Below, piece by piece: positions 38,713-48,300 of a stretch of 64,000 nucleotides of DNA. Numbering within the stretch: the first letter of the stretch is position 1; every line of letters begins with the position of its first letter. The DNA is taken from positions 22,061 to 86,060 of the forward strand of contig CAYZYV010000002.1 of assembly GCA_964482735.1 (NCBI GenBank). The letters are read 5' to 3'. The notes under the pieces were generated by a model. It saw only the letters and a list, made by a program, of their open reading frames with translations, did not search any database and was not told the origin of the DNA. The position numbers and the translations under genes are program-made. This DNA comes from an uncultured Candidatus Saccharibacteria bacterium. Lineage in GTDB: Bacteria > Patescibacteriota > Minisyncoccia > Phycocordibacterales > UBA9973.

Positions 38713-39606
38713 TTATTTTAAATATAGATTGATATTTTTTTTGTGTTCTTCGTAATCTTTAGCATAATAGACATTCCCTTCTTTATCATGGAGATAATAT
38801 AGGTAGTTTGAATCTACAGGATCTATTGCTGCTTTTATTGAACTTAAGCCAGGATTATTTAACGGTTTTTGTGGTAAACCTTTGTTTTTATAAGTTTCTT
38901 TATCTACATCTACCTGCAAAGGCATATTTAAGGTTAATCTTTTCCAAAGAATACCAGAAATAACTCTGTTGTCTTTATCACCGTTAGCTTCTCCCTCAAG
39001 GATAGAAGCCATCACTAAGATATCGTTTAAATTCTTACCAGTTTCTTTTATTTTGTCTACGAGTGGAATAATTCGATTGTTAAAATTATTTTTAAGTTCT
39101 TTTACTATTTCATCTTCTGTAGTAAGCGGAAAGAAAAAGTAAGAGTCTGGGAAAAGTTTACCGTCCAGGTCTTTTGATAATTCAAGGAAGATATTTTTAT
39201 CGAAGTTGTTTAACTTTTGGTCTAATAACTCTGCAATATCCTGATTGCTCAAGCCTTCTCTAATAGTAATCTTAATTGGTTTAATCTTGTGGTTGTTGGT
39301 TTTAAGTTGCAATAAAACTTCTACAAGCGAAGAATTTTTTTCAAATAGATAGTCTCCGGTTCGTAAATTTATGTTAGACACTTTAGCTACCAAAGTAAAT
39401 AGTTTTGGGAATTTAATTACCCCCTTATCATTTAATATCTTTATCGTATCTGTTAAAGGTTGATTGTTCGAAACATGTATTATTTGTTGTTCTTTTACGG
39501 GAGAAAAAAATAGAATAAAACCTAACAACAAGACAAACAAAATCATAAAGAAGATAATTTTGTAAAATCCTAAATTTTTTGTTTTTTTTGTATTATTTGG
39601 TTCCAT
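38713..39606 (-). CDS. mltG: Endolytic murein transglycosylase MltG (YceG-like)
   Basis: N-terminal TM and YceG-domain motifs (IKITIREGLSNQDIAELL, LYYLHDKEGNVYY). Confidence 0.75.
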   Translation of the reverse strand: MEPNNTKKTKNLGFYKIIFFMILFVLLLGFILFFSPVKEQQIIHVSNNQPLTDTIKILNDKGVIKFPKLFTLVAKVSNINLRTGDYLFEKNSSLVEVLLQLKTNNHKIKPIKITIREGLSNQDIAELLDQKLNNFDKNIFLELSKDLDGKLFPDSYFFFPLTTEDEIVKELKNNFNNRIIPLVDKIKETGKNLNDILVMASILEGEANGDKDNRVISGILWKRLTLNMPLQVDVDKETYKNKGLPQKPLNNPGLSSIKAAIDPVDSNYLYYLHDKEGNVYYAKDYEEHKKNINLYLK

Positions 39607-39608
39607 AA

Positions 39609-40859
39609 TTAAATAGGAAGATTAGAAGGAGGCTTTGCAATTTTGGTTTCGACTCTCTTAAAGCTAGGAGTTTCAGAAACCATTCCAGGAAAGTGGTAAA
39701 TACTAGCTAATTCTTCAGAAGATAAGACAAAGACTTTGGGCTTTCCTAGAGGGCTAAAGAATTTTAGATATTTGGGTAAATCCAAACTTAAATAAAAAGG
39801 TGGGTTAAAGAACATTCTTAATCTATAAGAATCTAATATTCTATTTTTATATTTAAATATTGTTGTTCCTAGTGGATCATCCCAAGCGTTGTCAAATTCA
39901 GTTGAATTAATTCTCTCTAATTCGTTTGAGTTTGCCAAAGTAAATTGTCTAAATATCAACTTAGCAGATCTACTTAATCCATTAAATTGATCCTCAGATA
40001 CTATTTTTTTATCTGATAAAGCAACAACTCTTATTCCACATTCAAAGTGAAGTTGCCCTAATTGATCGTTAATAGCTTTTACGACAGGTTCAACAATTTT
40101 AGGAGTTCTAATATCGGTATCAGTTTCTCCTTTTTCATTTTTTTGAATTTTTGTATAAGGTTTTAAGTATTTTAATAAGAATTCAGAAGCTGCTTCGTTA
40201 AAATCAACCTTCTTATCTTTTTTCTCGCTGTAATACTTTTTTGAGGTATTTTTTGCTAGGATTTGAATCCAAAGTTGTTGACCTTTTGTAATAGACCCCA
40301 ACAATTCTATTATAGGTGTAATAGGATCTACTTTAAATTCTTCTTTTGTACCAGCTCTCATCTCTTCCCCATATGATTTATATGTTTTGAGCGGAAAGAA
40401 GTCGTCTTTTTTCTTAGCATATTCGCACCCCCACATATACCAATCACTATCTTTAGAAAATTGAGGAATCTCATAAACATAATCCTCTACTTCTAGAACT
40501 TTAGCTTGAGGATATTGAGCATAAATTTGAGTTTGAACAAGATCTTTAATACTATTTTGAGTCCTAATATAGAAATGAACACGTCCATCTATAGATATCA
40601 TCTCTAAAGAAAACCAAAGTTTAGGATCAAAAGTATTAGAAAAGAATAATTCCATAGCAGAAGGACTTTTTGATATCTCTCTTGGAACTTGAACTTCTAA
40701 AAGGGTCCACTTGGGCTCAAGTTCATTCATTTCTTTTTTATAATAACCCCAATATTTTAGTGCTATTATCGCAAGAGGAATCGGTAAAATAAGTGCAATG
40801 AAAGTTAAAATTGCATTTAAGATATTTGTTCCTTCATTTGCTATTATTGTTTCTACCAT
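39609..40859 (-). CDS. Hypothetical membrane-anchored protein
   Basis: 416 aa with an N-terminal TM helix. No recognised motifs. Confidence 0.4.
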   Translation of the reverse strand: MVETIIANEGTNILNAILTFIALILPIPLAIIALKYWGYYKKEMNELEPKWTLLEVQVPREISKSPSAMELFFSNTFDPKLWFSLEMISIDGRVHFYIRTQNSIKDLVQTQIYAQYPQAKVLEVEDYVYEIPQFSKDSDWYMWGCEYAKKKDDFFPLKTYKSYGEEMRAGTKEEFKVDPITPIIELLGSITKGQQLWIQILAKNTSKKYYSEKKDKKVDFNEAASEFLLKYLKPYTKIQKNEKGETDTDIRTPKIVEPVVKAINDQLGQLHFECGIRVVALSDKKIVSEDQFNGLSRSAKLIFRQFTLANSNELERINSTEFDNAWDDPLGTTIFKYKNRILDSYRLRMFFNPPFYLSLDLPKYLKFFSPLGKPKVFVLSSEELASIYHFPGMVSETPSFKRVETKIAKPPSNLPI

Positions 40860-40884
40860 ATTACTTTCTGTATTATAGCATATC

Positions 40885-40930
40885 TAAAACGATAAAACAC
40901 CTAAAGACTTAGGTGTTTTATCGTTTTAGA
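40885..40930 (-). terminator. Long perfect hairpin (21-bp arms, 4-nt loop) overlapping stop of ORF 40926..42029
   Basis: ctaaaacgataaaacacctaa-agac-ttaggtgttttatcgttttag. Confidence 0.6.
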
Positions 40931-42029
40931 TTAATGTGTATTCTCCGTTCTTATTTTTCTTGAAGTATTTATTGTTTTGTAGATTAACCAAAATTGTATT
41001 TTTCTTTAGGTATCTTTCTTTCATTACTTGTTCTACAATGTCTTCTTTTTTCATAGGGCCATTCTTCTTTAGTAAGTCTCGGATAACATCTTTTACTACT
41101 CCGGTCTTATAACCCCATTCTGCTAAAGCATATATACCTCTACCAACTAGAACAAATCTCTTATCCTTAATCAATTCATTGTGACATGTAGCTGTGTGAC
41201 ATTTCTTTCCAAAGTTTTCAGAAACAGCCTTGGCTACTTCTCTAAAGTGCATGGGTGAACCGTGCTTCTTCATCATAAGGTATGCATAATCTTTTACCCC
41301 TCTTGTTTTAATTCCAGGAGCAGCTGTTTTCCCCCATTCTCCCAAAGGATTCTTGCTTAGTTTCTTAGAGATAGACAACCATCTCTTTGCAATCTCTTCA
41401 TTTCTGTATTGATCAGATATTTCGCTTACTTCGCTTAAAAATCTAGAAACTAAATCTCCTTCTGAGACTAATTGATCATCTGATAGATTTTCATATATTT
41501 TATCTAGAGCTTTTCTTATTTTTTCGGCTGTATCATTATCAATTGTCCAGTGAGTTTTAAAATTATCGTCCTCTTTATGTTTAGAAAAATCATTTCCTAG
41601 TGTTAAAAAGAAGTGCATGTAATTTTGAGTTAACTTGTCTTTAGAAAGATGAGATAGTAATTCTTGCTCAGAAACTATAGCACCCATTGTGTGCATTAAG
41701 TTTTTAAGTTCTTCAAAAATTTGTTTTTCTGTTTGAAAGTTCTCTGATTTTCGAATAAAGGATATTGCTGCATTTTCAATCTGTCTAACCCTTTCTCTTG
41801 TTATTCCATATTTTTTACCAATGGCTTCTAAAGTTTTTCTTTGTGTGTCATCAGATAAACCGAATCTGTTTACTATGACCTCGTAAGCTCTTGGTTGTAA
41901 ACCAGAAAGTATTTTTTTTGTAACCTGTTTAGGTTTGAAAGTTATAGTGCTTGTCATTTTTAGTAATTTTGTTAATAAAAAACTATCTCTTAATAAATTT
42001 ACAATATCATTATTGTCTAATAAAGTCAA
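40926..42029 (-). CDS. DNA-binding protein with sigma-70 region-4-like HTH and C-terminal HARE-HTH-like domain
   Basis: The segment VIVNRFGLSDDTQRKTLEAIGKKYGITRERVRQIENAAISFIRK resembles sigma70 region 4. The C-terminus MHFREVAKAV...RFVLVGRGIYALAEWGY matches the HARE-HTH pattern found in the RNAP delta subunit. Confidence 0.5.
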   Translation of the reverse strand: MTLLDNNDIVNLLRDSFLLTKLLKMTSTITFKPKQVTKKILSGLQPRAYEVIVNRFGLSDDTQRKTLEAIGKKYGITRERVRQIENAAISFIRKSENFQTEKQIFEELKNLMHTMGAIVSEQELLSHLSKDKLTQNYMHFFLTLGNDFSKHKEDDNFKTHWTIDNDTAEKIRKALDKIYENLSDDQLVSEGDLVSRFLSEVSEISDQYRNEEIAKRWLSISKKLSKNPLGEWGKTAAPGIKTRGVKDYAYLMMKKHGSPMHFREVAKAVSENFGKKCHTATCHNELIKDKRFVLVGRGIYALAEWGYKTGVVKDVIRDLLKKNGPMKKEDIVEQVMKERYLKKNTILVNLQNNKYFKKNKNGEYTLI

Positions 42030-42035
42030 TAGTTG

Positions 42036-43853
42036 CTAATTCTCTTGTTTTTTTAAAGCAGATTTAGCTTTAGCTCGATCCGCCTCTTTCAAAATCTTTT
42101 TTCTTAATCTGGTGCTTTTAGGTGTAATTTCTAGATATTCATCCTCAGCCATTATTTCTAGCCCGCGTTCTATCGTTATCTTGTAAGGTGGTTTAACAAT
42201 TATAGCCTCATCGGTACCAGAGGCTCTCATATTTGATAATTGTTTACCTTTCGTAGGATTTACTGTCATTTCATCTCCTTTTGTGACATTACCTATAACC
42301 ATTCCCTCATATACTTCATCACCATGTTCTACGTATAAAGTACCCCTTTCTTGTAATGTCCACAAAGAAAAAGCAATTACTTTTCCAGGGACCATAGAAG
42401 TCATTGAACCAACATCTCTCTTTTTAATCTCTCCAGCGTGTTCTTTAAAACCAATAAAACGAGATGCTAATATTCCCTCACCCCTAGTATCAACTATAAA
42501 TTGATTTCTATATCCTAAGAGGCCTCTTGTTGGTATTTCAATTAAGAGTCTAACAATGCCTTCTTTTTCACTCATATGAGTAATCATTCCACGGCGAGAA
42601 GTTAATTTTTCTATTACTGAACCAGAATATTCGTTGCGTACATCAATAGTAACTTCTTCGTATGGTTCTAATTTTTTTCCATTTTCTTCTTTCACGATAA
42701 CGTGAGGTTGAGATACTTGCAATTCATAACCTTCTCGTCTCATATTTTCTAACAACACAGCAATGTGTAATTCCCCACGTCCGTAGACAAGAAAACCTTC
42801 TCTCTCTTCTTCGTTGTCTTCTTTATTAAAATTAACTCTCAAACCTACGTTCATTTCTAGCTCTTTTTCCAATCTTTCTTTTATTTGTCTGCTAGTTACA
42901 AATTTTCCTTCTCTACCTGCAAAAGGAGAATCGTTGACTAAGAAATTTAAAGAAATAGTTGGTTCATCTATGGTAATAGAAGGTAAAGGTTCGGTGTTTT
43001 CTTTATCACAAATTGTTTCTCCTATATATACGTCTGGTATTCCAGCTATGACCCCTATATCTCCAGAAGTTAAAACACTAGCTTCTTTACGACTAATTCC
43101 TTCAAAAGAAAACATTTTTGAGATTTTTGAATTTCTTGTTTGGCCATCTGCTTTTTTAACTAAAATAGGGCTAGCTGTCTTTATAGAACCTGAATAAACT
43201 CTAACAATAGCCAATCTGCCTAAAAAGTTATCGTATCCAAGATTAAAAACCTGGGCTCGAAAATCTTTTTCTTGGTCTACAGAAGCTTCTTTAACCTCTT
43301 CTAATATAAGATCAAAAAGAGGTGTGAGATCTTTTGATTCGTCTTCAAGTTTTAATTTAGCAACTCCTTCTCGGCTTATTGCATATACTACTTTAAAATC
43401 TAATTGTTCATTACTTGCTCCCAATTCTAAAAATAATTCAAAAACTTCATCTAGAACCCTTTTAGGATTAGCTGCTGGTTTGTCTATCTTGTTTATTACT
43501 ACTATTGGTTTTAATCCTAGTTCTAGTGATTTTTTTAGTACAAAACGAGTTTGAGGCATTGGTCCTTCTTGTGCATCAACTAACAATAAAACAGAGTCTA
43601 TCGCTCTTAAAACACGTTCTACTTCAGAACCAAAATCAGCGTGCCCTGGAGTGTCCACGATGTTAATTTTTGTATCTTTGTAAACAACAGAAGTGTTTTT
43701 AGAATAAATAGTAATACCTCTTTCTTGTTCGAGAGCATTAGAATCCATAGAAACTCCATCTTCTACCATTTTACATTGCTTCATCATCTGGTCAGTTAAA
43801 GTAGTCTTTCCATGATCAACGTGAGCAATAATCGCAATGTTTCTAATTTCCAT
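42036..43853 (-). CDS. typA: Translational GTPase TypA/BipA
   Basis: [18 protein letters not shown]1 motif and DTPGHADF. 605 aa. Confidence 0.9.
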   Translation of the reverse strand: MEIRNIAIIAHVDHGKTTLTDQMMKQCKMVEDGVSMDSNALEQERGITIYSKNTSVVYKDTKINIVDTPGHADFGSEVERVLRAIDSVLLLVDAQEGPMPQTRFVLKKSLELGLKPIVVINKIDKPAANPKRVLDEVFELFLELGASNEQLDFKVVYAISREGVAKLKLEDESKDLTPLFDLILEEVKEASVDQEKDFRAQVFNLGYDNFLGRLAIVRVYSGSIKTASPILVKKADGQTRNSKISKMFSFEGISRKEASVLTSGDIGVIAGIPDVYIGETICDKENTEPLPSITIDEPTISLNFLVNDSPFAGREGKFVTSRQIKERLEKELEMNVGLRVNFNKEDNEEEREGFLVYGRGELHIAVLLENMRREGYELQVSQPHVIVKEENGKKLEPYEEVTIDVRNEYSGSVIEKLTSRRGMITHMSEKEGIVRLLIEIPTRGLLGYRNQFIVDTRGEGILASRFIGFKEHAGEIKKRDVGSMTSMVPGKVIAFSLWTLQERGTLYVEHGDEVYEGMVIGNVTKGDEMTVNPTKGKQLSNMRASGTDEAIIVKPPYKITIERGLEIMAEDEYLEITPKSTRLRKKILKEADRAKAKSALKKQEN

Positions 43854-43887
43854 AAATAATTTATAGTGATAATAAAAAATAATTTTT

Positions 43888-43922
43888 CGTAAAAAAACAA
43901 AATCGCCTCAAGGCGAATTTAC
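43888..43922 (-). terminator. Weak hairpin terminator after rseP
   Basis: tcgcc-tcaa-ggcga stem followed by a T-run on the minus strand. Confidence 0.4.
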
Positions 43923-43992
43923 ATCTACTCTTATATTATATCATAAATATAATCAAAAGTAAACATTAAATAAGGAACGATTTTGTTTAAAA

Positions 43993-45093
43993 CTAAAATA
44001 GTTTTGTGATGTCATTGTATGTGATAAATAACATCAATAAAATAAGAATTCCAAAGCCAATACTATTAATTAATCCGGCCACACTAGATTTAATTCGGGA
44101 ACCTTTTATTTTTTCTATTAACAAGAATAATAACTTACCTCCATCTAGTGCTGGGAATGGAATGAGATTGATAACTGCAAGGTTGATAGAGATTAGGGCT
44201 GTAAATGACAATAAGTAAATAAAACCAAAATCTGCAGCATCTCCAACAACGCTAACTATACCAACAGGTCCTGAGATAGAAGAAAGATCGCCGTCACCTT
44301 TAATAGAACTTTTAATTAAATCGAAAAATCCAGTAGCTGTTCCTATGAACAAATTTCCTGAAAGTTTAAAGCCTTCATACAAAGCTTGATGTATAGGTAA
44401 TTTCAATTTACCTATCATATCCATAGAAATTCCTAGTTTAGAAGTTTTTTCTTCATCTAAAACAGGTTTTGTACTTAAGGTTAAAGTATCTTTTGCTCTA
44501 GTTATGTTAACCCTAACTTCTTCATTGGGGTGTTTTTTGATAAAATTTTGGACAGCTGTCTGATCAAAATAAGAAGATAATAATAGTGTTGAGTCTGCAT
44601 CTGTTTCTAAATAATTAATCTTATCTCCTGTTTTTAACCCAGCAATGTCTGCGGGTGATCCTTCTAAAACACTTGTAATAGTTAAAGCCTGATCTTTTAT
44701 TCTATTTGTGTTTGAAAACGAACTTGTAGACGAAGGTAATCCAGACATAAAACCAACCGAGAGTAAAAACCAAGCCAAAACAAAGTTCATGGTTACTCCA
44801 GCTACTAGCACTAAAGCCTGGTTCCACCTAGGTTTACTTATAAAACTTCTACTAGCATCTTGTTTTAATGTTTCTTCATCTCCATCTTCACCATATATTT
44901 TTACGTATCCACCAAATGGAACTGCGTTAATGTTGTAATTAGTTTCCCCTACTTTTTTACCTATAATTTTAGGAGGAAAACCAAAAGAAAATTCATCAAC
45001 TCTGATTCCTGACTTTTTAGCAACTATAAAATGACCAAATTCATGGGCTACTACTACAACTAAAAGAATAATAACAAAAATTAAAATAGACAT
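43993..45093 (-). CDS. rseP: RIP metalloprotease RseP (site-2 protease, M50 family) with PDZ domain
   Basis: HEFGH zinc motif in TM1, a PDZ domain (GSPADIAGLKTGDKI), and a C-terminal LDGG motif. Confidence 0.85.
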   Translation of the reverse strand: MSILIFVIILLVVVVAHEFGHFIVAKKSGIRVDEFSFGFPPKIIGKKVGETNYNINAVPFGGYVKIYGEDGDEETLKQDASRSFISKPRWNQALVLVAGVTMNFVLAWFLLSVGFMSGLPSSTSSFSNTNRIKDQALTITSVLEGSPADIAGLKTGDKINYLETDADSTLLLSSYFDQTAVQNFIKKHPNEEVRVNITRAKDTLTLSTKPVLDEEKTSKLGISMDMIGKLKLPIHQALYEGFKLSGNLFIGTATGFFDLIKSSIKGDGDLSSISGPVGIVSVVGDAADFGFIYLLSFTALISINLAVINLIPFPALDGGKLLFLLIEKIKGSRIKSSVAGLINSIGFGILILLMLFITYNDITKLF

Positions 45094-45098
45094 AAAAA

Positions 45099-45635
45099 TT
45101 AGTTATTCATTAAATCCTTCTCCTTTTTGTCAAAGATAGACTCTAGATTATTATTTGTTTCATCAACGCATTTTTGGATATCTTCCTTTGCTCTCTTTAT
45201 TTCATCTTCTGTTAATCCATCAAGGGAATCAATTTCTGACTGCCTTTCTTTTCTAACACTTATTCTAGCGTCTTCTAATTTTTCCTTTAGAACCTTAACA
45301 AGTTTTGCCCTATTTTCTGTGGTAAGCATTGGGAAAATAGCCCTGACTCCATCACTATCAGAAATAATCGATAATCCTAGGTTTGATTCATTGATAGCAC
45401 TTTCTATCAACCTTATTTGGCTTTTATCCCAAGGTGCAATTCTGAGCGTTTTAGGGTCTTCTACCGTAACACTGGCTATATTTTTAATAGGCATTCTACT
45501 CCCATAACTTTCAACCATAACGCTATCTAATATCATAGGTGTCGCTCTCCCTGTATGAACAGCTCCATATTCTTTAGAAAGCCATTCCTCTATCTTTTTT
45601 AAATTGTTTTTAAAATTTTGTGTATTATATTGCAT
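45099..45635 (-). CDS. frr: Ribosome recycling factor
   Basis: RRF family pattern across 178 aa (LRIAPWDKSQIRLIESAI...). Confidence 0.9.
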   Translation of the reverse strand: MQYNTQNFKNNLKKIEEWLSKEYGAVHTGRATPMILDSVMVESYGSRMPIKNIASVTVEDPKTLRIAPWDKSQIRLIESAINESNLGLSIISDSDGVRAIFPMLTTENRAKLVKVLKEKLEDARISVRKERQSEIDSLDGLTEDEIKRAKEDIQKCVDETNNNLESIFDKKEKDLMNN

Positions 45636-45671
45636 AAATATATTTTACTATAAAAAATTAATAATATGAAA

Positions 45672-46370
45672 TTATAAGATTAAAGCAATGTGTTCTAATA
45701 TCATTTTTACAGAAGCTCCTGAAAGGTTTAAATACTTTTTGTTTTTCGCTATTTCTTCTAAAATAAATATATTATTATCCTGGGGTGTCTTTTTAAAATC
45801 TAAATATATTATTTTTTCTATTTCATTAAGTAAATCTATCGCAAAACGTCTAAGGGGACCACTGGAATCATCGCTTTTATTCTTTTTAACTAAATCTGCA
45901 ACTATCTCTAGCTTTAATTTTAATGGGGATTTAATAATTTTTAGTGCAATTTCTTTAATTTCTTTATTTTGTTCATCTTGATATTTTATAGAATGAGTCC
46001 TCGATTTAATTGTTTCCTGAAGAATAGAAATATTTGGGGTAACAATAAAGAAGTGGGTGTTCAATCCCGGCTCTTCTATTATCTTAAGTAAAGCTTGTTC
46101 AGCTTCTCGATTTATAAAATTCGTTTCAATTAAACAAACTTTTTTACCGTGTTCTTTTGCTGGTAGTTTACTGTGCCAATCTTTAATTTCCCTACTGTTC
46201 TGTATAGTTAAAGATTCATATTTTTGATAAAAGAAATCGGGGTCTTTTAAAGTTACTATTTTTCTTTCTATTAGAAAATCTTTCAATAGGGCAGCTGTAT
46301 TATCAGAATTACCCTCCACTAAGTAGCTGTGATATAAATCTTCAGGTAGTAACTTGTTAAAAATATTCAT
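45672..46370 (-). CDS. holB: DNA polymerase III delta-prime-like clamp-loader subunit (no P-loop)
   Basis: The sensor and box motif EAEQALLKIIEEPGLNTHFFIVTPNISILQETIKSRTHSIKY matches the ALLKtLEEPp...TI.SR pattern. Walker A is absent. Confidence 0.65.
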   Translation of the reverse strand: MNIFNKLLPEDLYHSYLVEGNSDNTAALLKDFLIERKIVTLKDPDFFYQKYESLTIQNSREIKDWHSKLPAKEHGKKVCLIETNFINREAEQALLKIIEEPGLNTHFFIVTPNISILQETIKSRTHSIKYQDEQNKEIKEIALKIIKSPLKLKLEIVADLVKKNKSDDSSGPLRRFAIDLLNEIEKIIYLDFKKTPQDNNIFILEEIAKNKKYLNLSGASVKMILEHIALIL

Positions 46371-46382
46371 GTCTTTATTTTA

Positions 46383-47231
46383 CTATAAAGGAAAAATATC
46401 GGAAAGTTCATTTGAATAATAAAAATCATAAGCTAAACCTCCAAAGGTATAATCTTTATTATCTATAGTAATAATTGATCCTCCTACATCTGGACTACTT
46501 TTGGGTTTAGAACGATCGAAACCTATATTGAAAAGTGTCGCATAGACCTCAGGTCGATTCCCAATGTCAAAACCGCTTCTTTGCCATTGCTTCTCTATTT
46601 CTTTTATGTACAAAGCGGTATATAGATATGAATAATAATGATCGTGCTGATCGGTAAATCTCGCCAATCTGTCATCGTCACTAAAATCTACCTCTTTGTA
46701 ATCTAATATGTTTTCATAATCTTTGCCTAAATAAAATATACTCTCTATATTTTTTAAATTCTCCTCAATCTTTTTTGCTGTATCCATTTTAATACCAGAT
46801 ATTCCATAAGAAAACTGGGTGTAAGTTCCAAGTATTTTTAGTGGTTCGAAATATTTTTTAAAGGATTCTCTGTTAGATGTAAAGAATCTTAATTGTTCAG
46901 GAATAATTACTGAAACAATCAATCGAGCCGGCAAATTAGTTTCATTGCTGACCTTTAATATCATTTCTTTATCTTTAATGATTCCATTTTTCAGTGTTTC
47001 CCATTCTGTAGTATTCATCCATTTTGGATTGTTTTTTATTGCTTCAATTTTTACATTCTCATTATCTTTGTTTTGATTAAAAAAAGAATTTCTAGAATCT
47101 ATACTGCCTTTAACATCGGTTAAATGTAGTTTCATTGCTACAAAAACTCCTACGAATAAAAAACCTATTGCTGCAAATAGATACAAGAAAAAACGAAATG
47201 TATTTCGAATGACTTTATGGTTTTTTAACAT
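46383..47231 (-). CDS. Hypothetical membrane-anchored protein
   Basis: 282 aa with an N-terminal TM. It sits between mreB and the holB-like gene. Confidence 0.4.
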   Translation of the reverse strand: MLKNHKVIRNTFRFFLYLFAAIGFLFVGVFVAMKLHLTDVKGSIDSRNSFFNQNKDNENVKIEAIKNNPKWMNTTEWETLKNGIIKDKEMILKVSNETNLPARLIVSVIIPEQLRFFTSNRESFKKYFEPLKILGTYTQFSYGISGIKMDTAKKIEENLKNIESIFYLGKDYENILDYKEVDFSDDDRLARFTDQHDHYYSYLYTALYIKEIEKQWQRSGFDIGNRPEVYATLFNIGFDRSKPKSSPDVGGSIITIDNKDYTFGGLAYDFYYSNELSDIFPL

Positions 47232-47233
47232 TG

Positions 47234-48265
47234 TTATTTCTTACTTAAGATACTCTTTTTATAAGTATCTAGGTGATTCAATGCTTCACCTGTTCCTCTG
47301 GCTACACATAAAAGTGGTTCTTCTGCTACTTTAGCTTTAACTCCAGTCCTTCGATAAACCAAATCTGCAAGATGTCTTAGCTGGCTTGATCCTCCAGTCA
47401 TAATAATTCCGTCATCGATAATATCGGCAGATAACTCTGGAGGAGTCAGCGAGAGAACATCTTTGATGGCCCCTATCATTGTTCTTAATTCTTTATCTAT
47501 AGCCCTAACGATTTCATTTGTAGAAATTACAGCTGTTCTTGGTAATCCTTGAATATAGTCTCTTCCTTTAACTGTAATAGAAATTTCATCTTCTATCGGA
47601 ATAGCTGAACCTATCTTGATCTTAATAATTTCTGCTGTTTTATCTCCAATAGCTAGATTGTATGTTTTTTTTATGTAGTCTGTAATAGCCTGATCTATCT
47701 TATCACCTGCACATTTAACAGAAGTTGATGCAACGATACCACCAAGTGAGATAACTGCTACATCAGTAGTTCCGCCACCAATATCCATAATCATATAACC
47801 ACGAGATTCTTGAATAGGAATTCCTGCTCCTATAGCTGATAAAATTGGTTCTTTAACTACGTAGGCGTTCTTGGCACCTGCCCTTATAGCTGCTTCAATA
47901 ACAGCCCTTCTCTCTGTAGATGTTATACCGGCTGGAACCGATACCATTACGTCTGGCTTGAATAGATTAAACTTACCCAAAGTTTTAGATATAAAATAAC
48001 GAAGCATCGCCTCTGTTACCCGGTAATCAGCTATTACTCCATCCTTCATTGGTCGATAGACAATTATATTTTCAGGTGTTTTCCCAACCATTTCCTTAGC
48101 CAAGGAACCTATGGCTAAAATAGCATTATCTTGCTCAGAAACAGCTACAACAGATGGTTCATTCAAAACTATCCCCTTGCCAGGCAAATAAACGAGAGTG
48201 TTTACAGTCCCCAAATCGATACCTAATTTTTTAGAAAAAATACTCATACGAATAGAATATAGCAT
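47234..48265 (-). CDS. mreB: Rod shape-determining protein MreB
   Basis: LGIDLGTVNTLVY and DIGGGTTDVAVISLGG motifs. 343 aa. Confidence 0.9.
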   Translation of the reverse strand: MLYSIRMSIFSKKLGIDLGTVNTLVYLPGKGIVLNEPSVVAVSEQDNAILAIGSLAKEMVGKTPENIIVYRPMKDGVIADYRVTEAMLRYFISKTLGKFNLFKPDVMVSVPAGITSTERRAVIEAAIRAGAKNAYVVKEPILSAIGAGIPIQESRGYMIMDIGGGTTDVAVISLGGIVASTSVKCAGDKIDQAITDYIKKTYNLAIGDKTAEIIKIKIGSAIPIEDEISITVKGRDYIQGLPRTAVISTNEIVRAIDKELRTMIGAIKDVLSLTPPELSADIIDDGIIMTGGSSQLRHLADLVYRRTGVKAKVAEEPLLCVARGTGEALNHLDTYKKSILSKK

Positions 48266-48300
48266 AATTTTATAAAATTAAAAATGCCCAAAAGACAATT

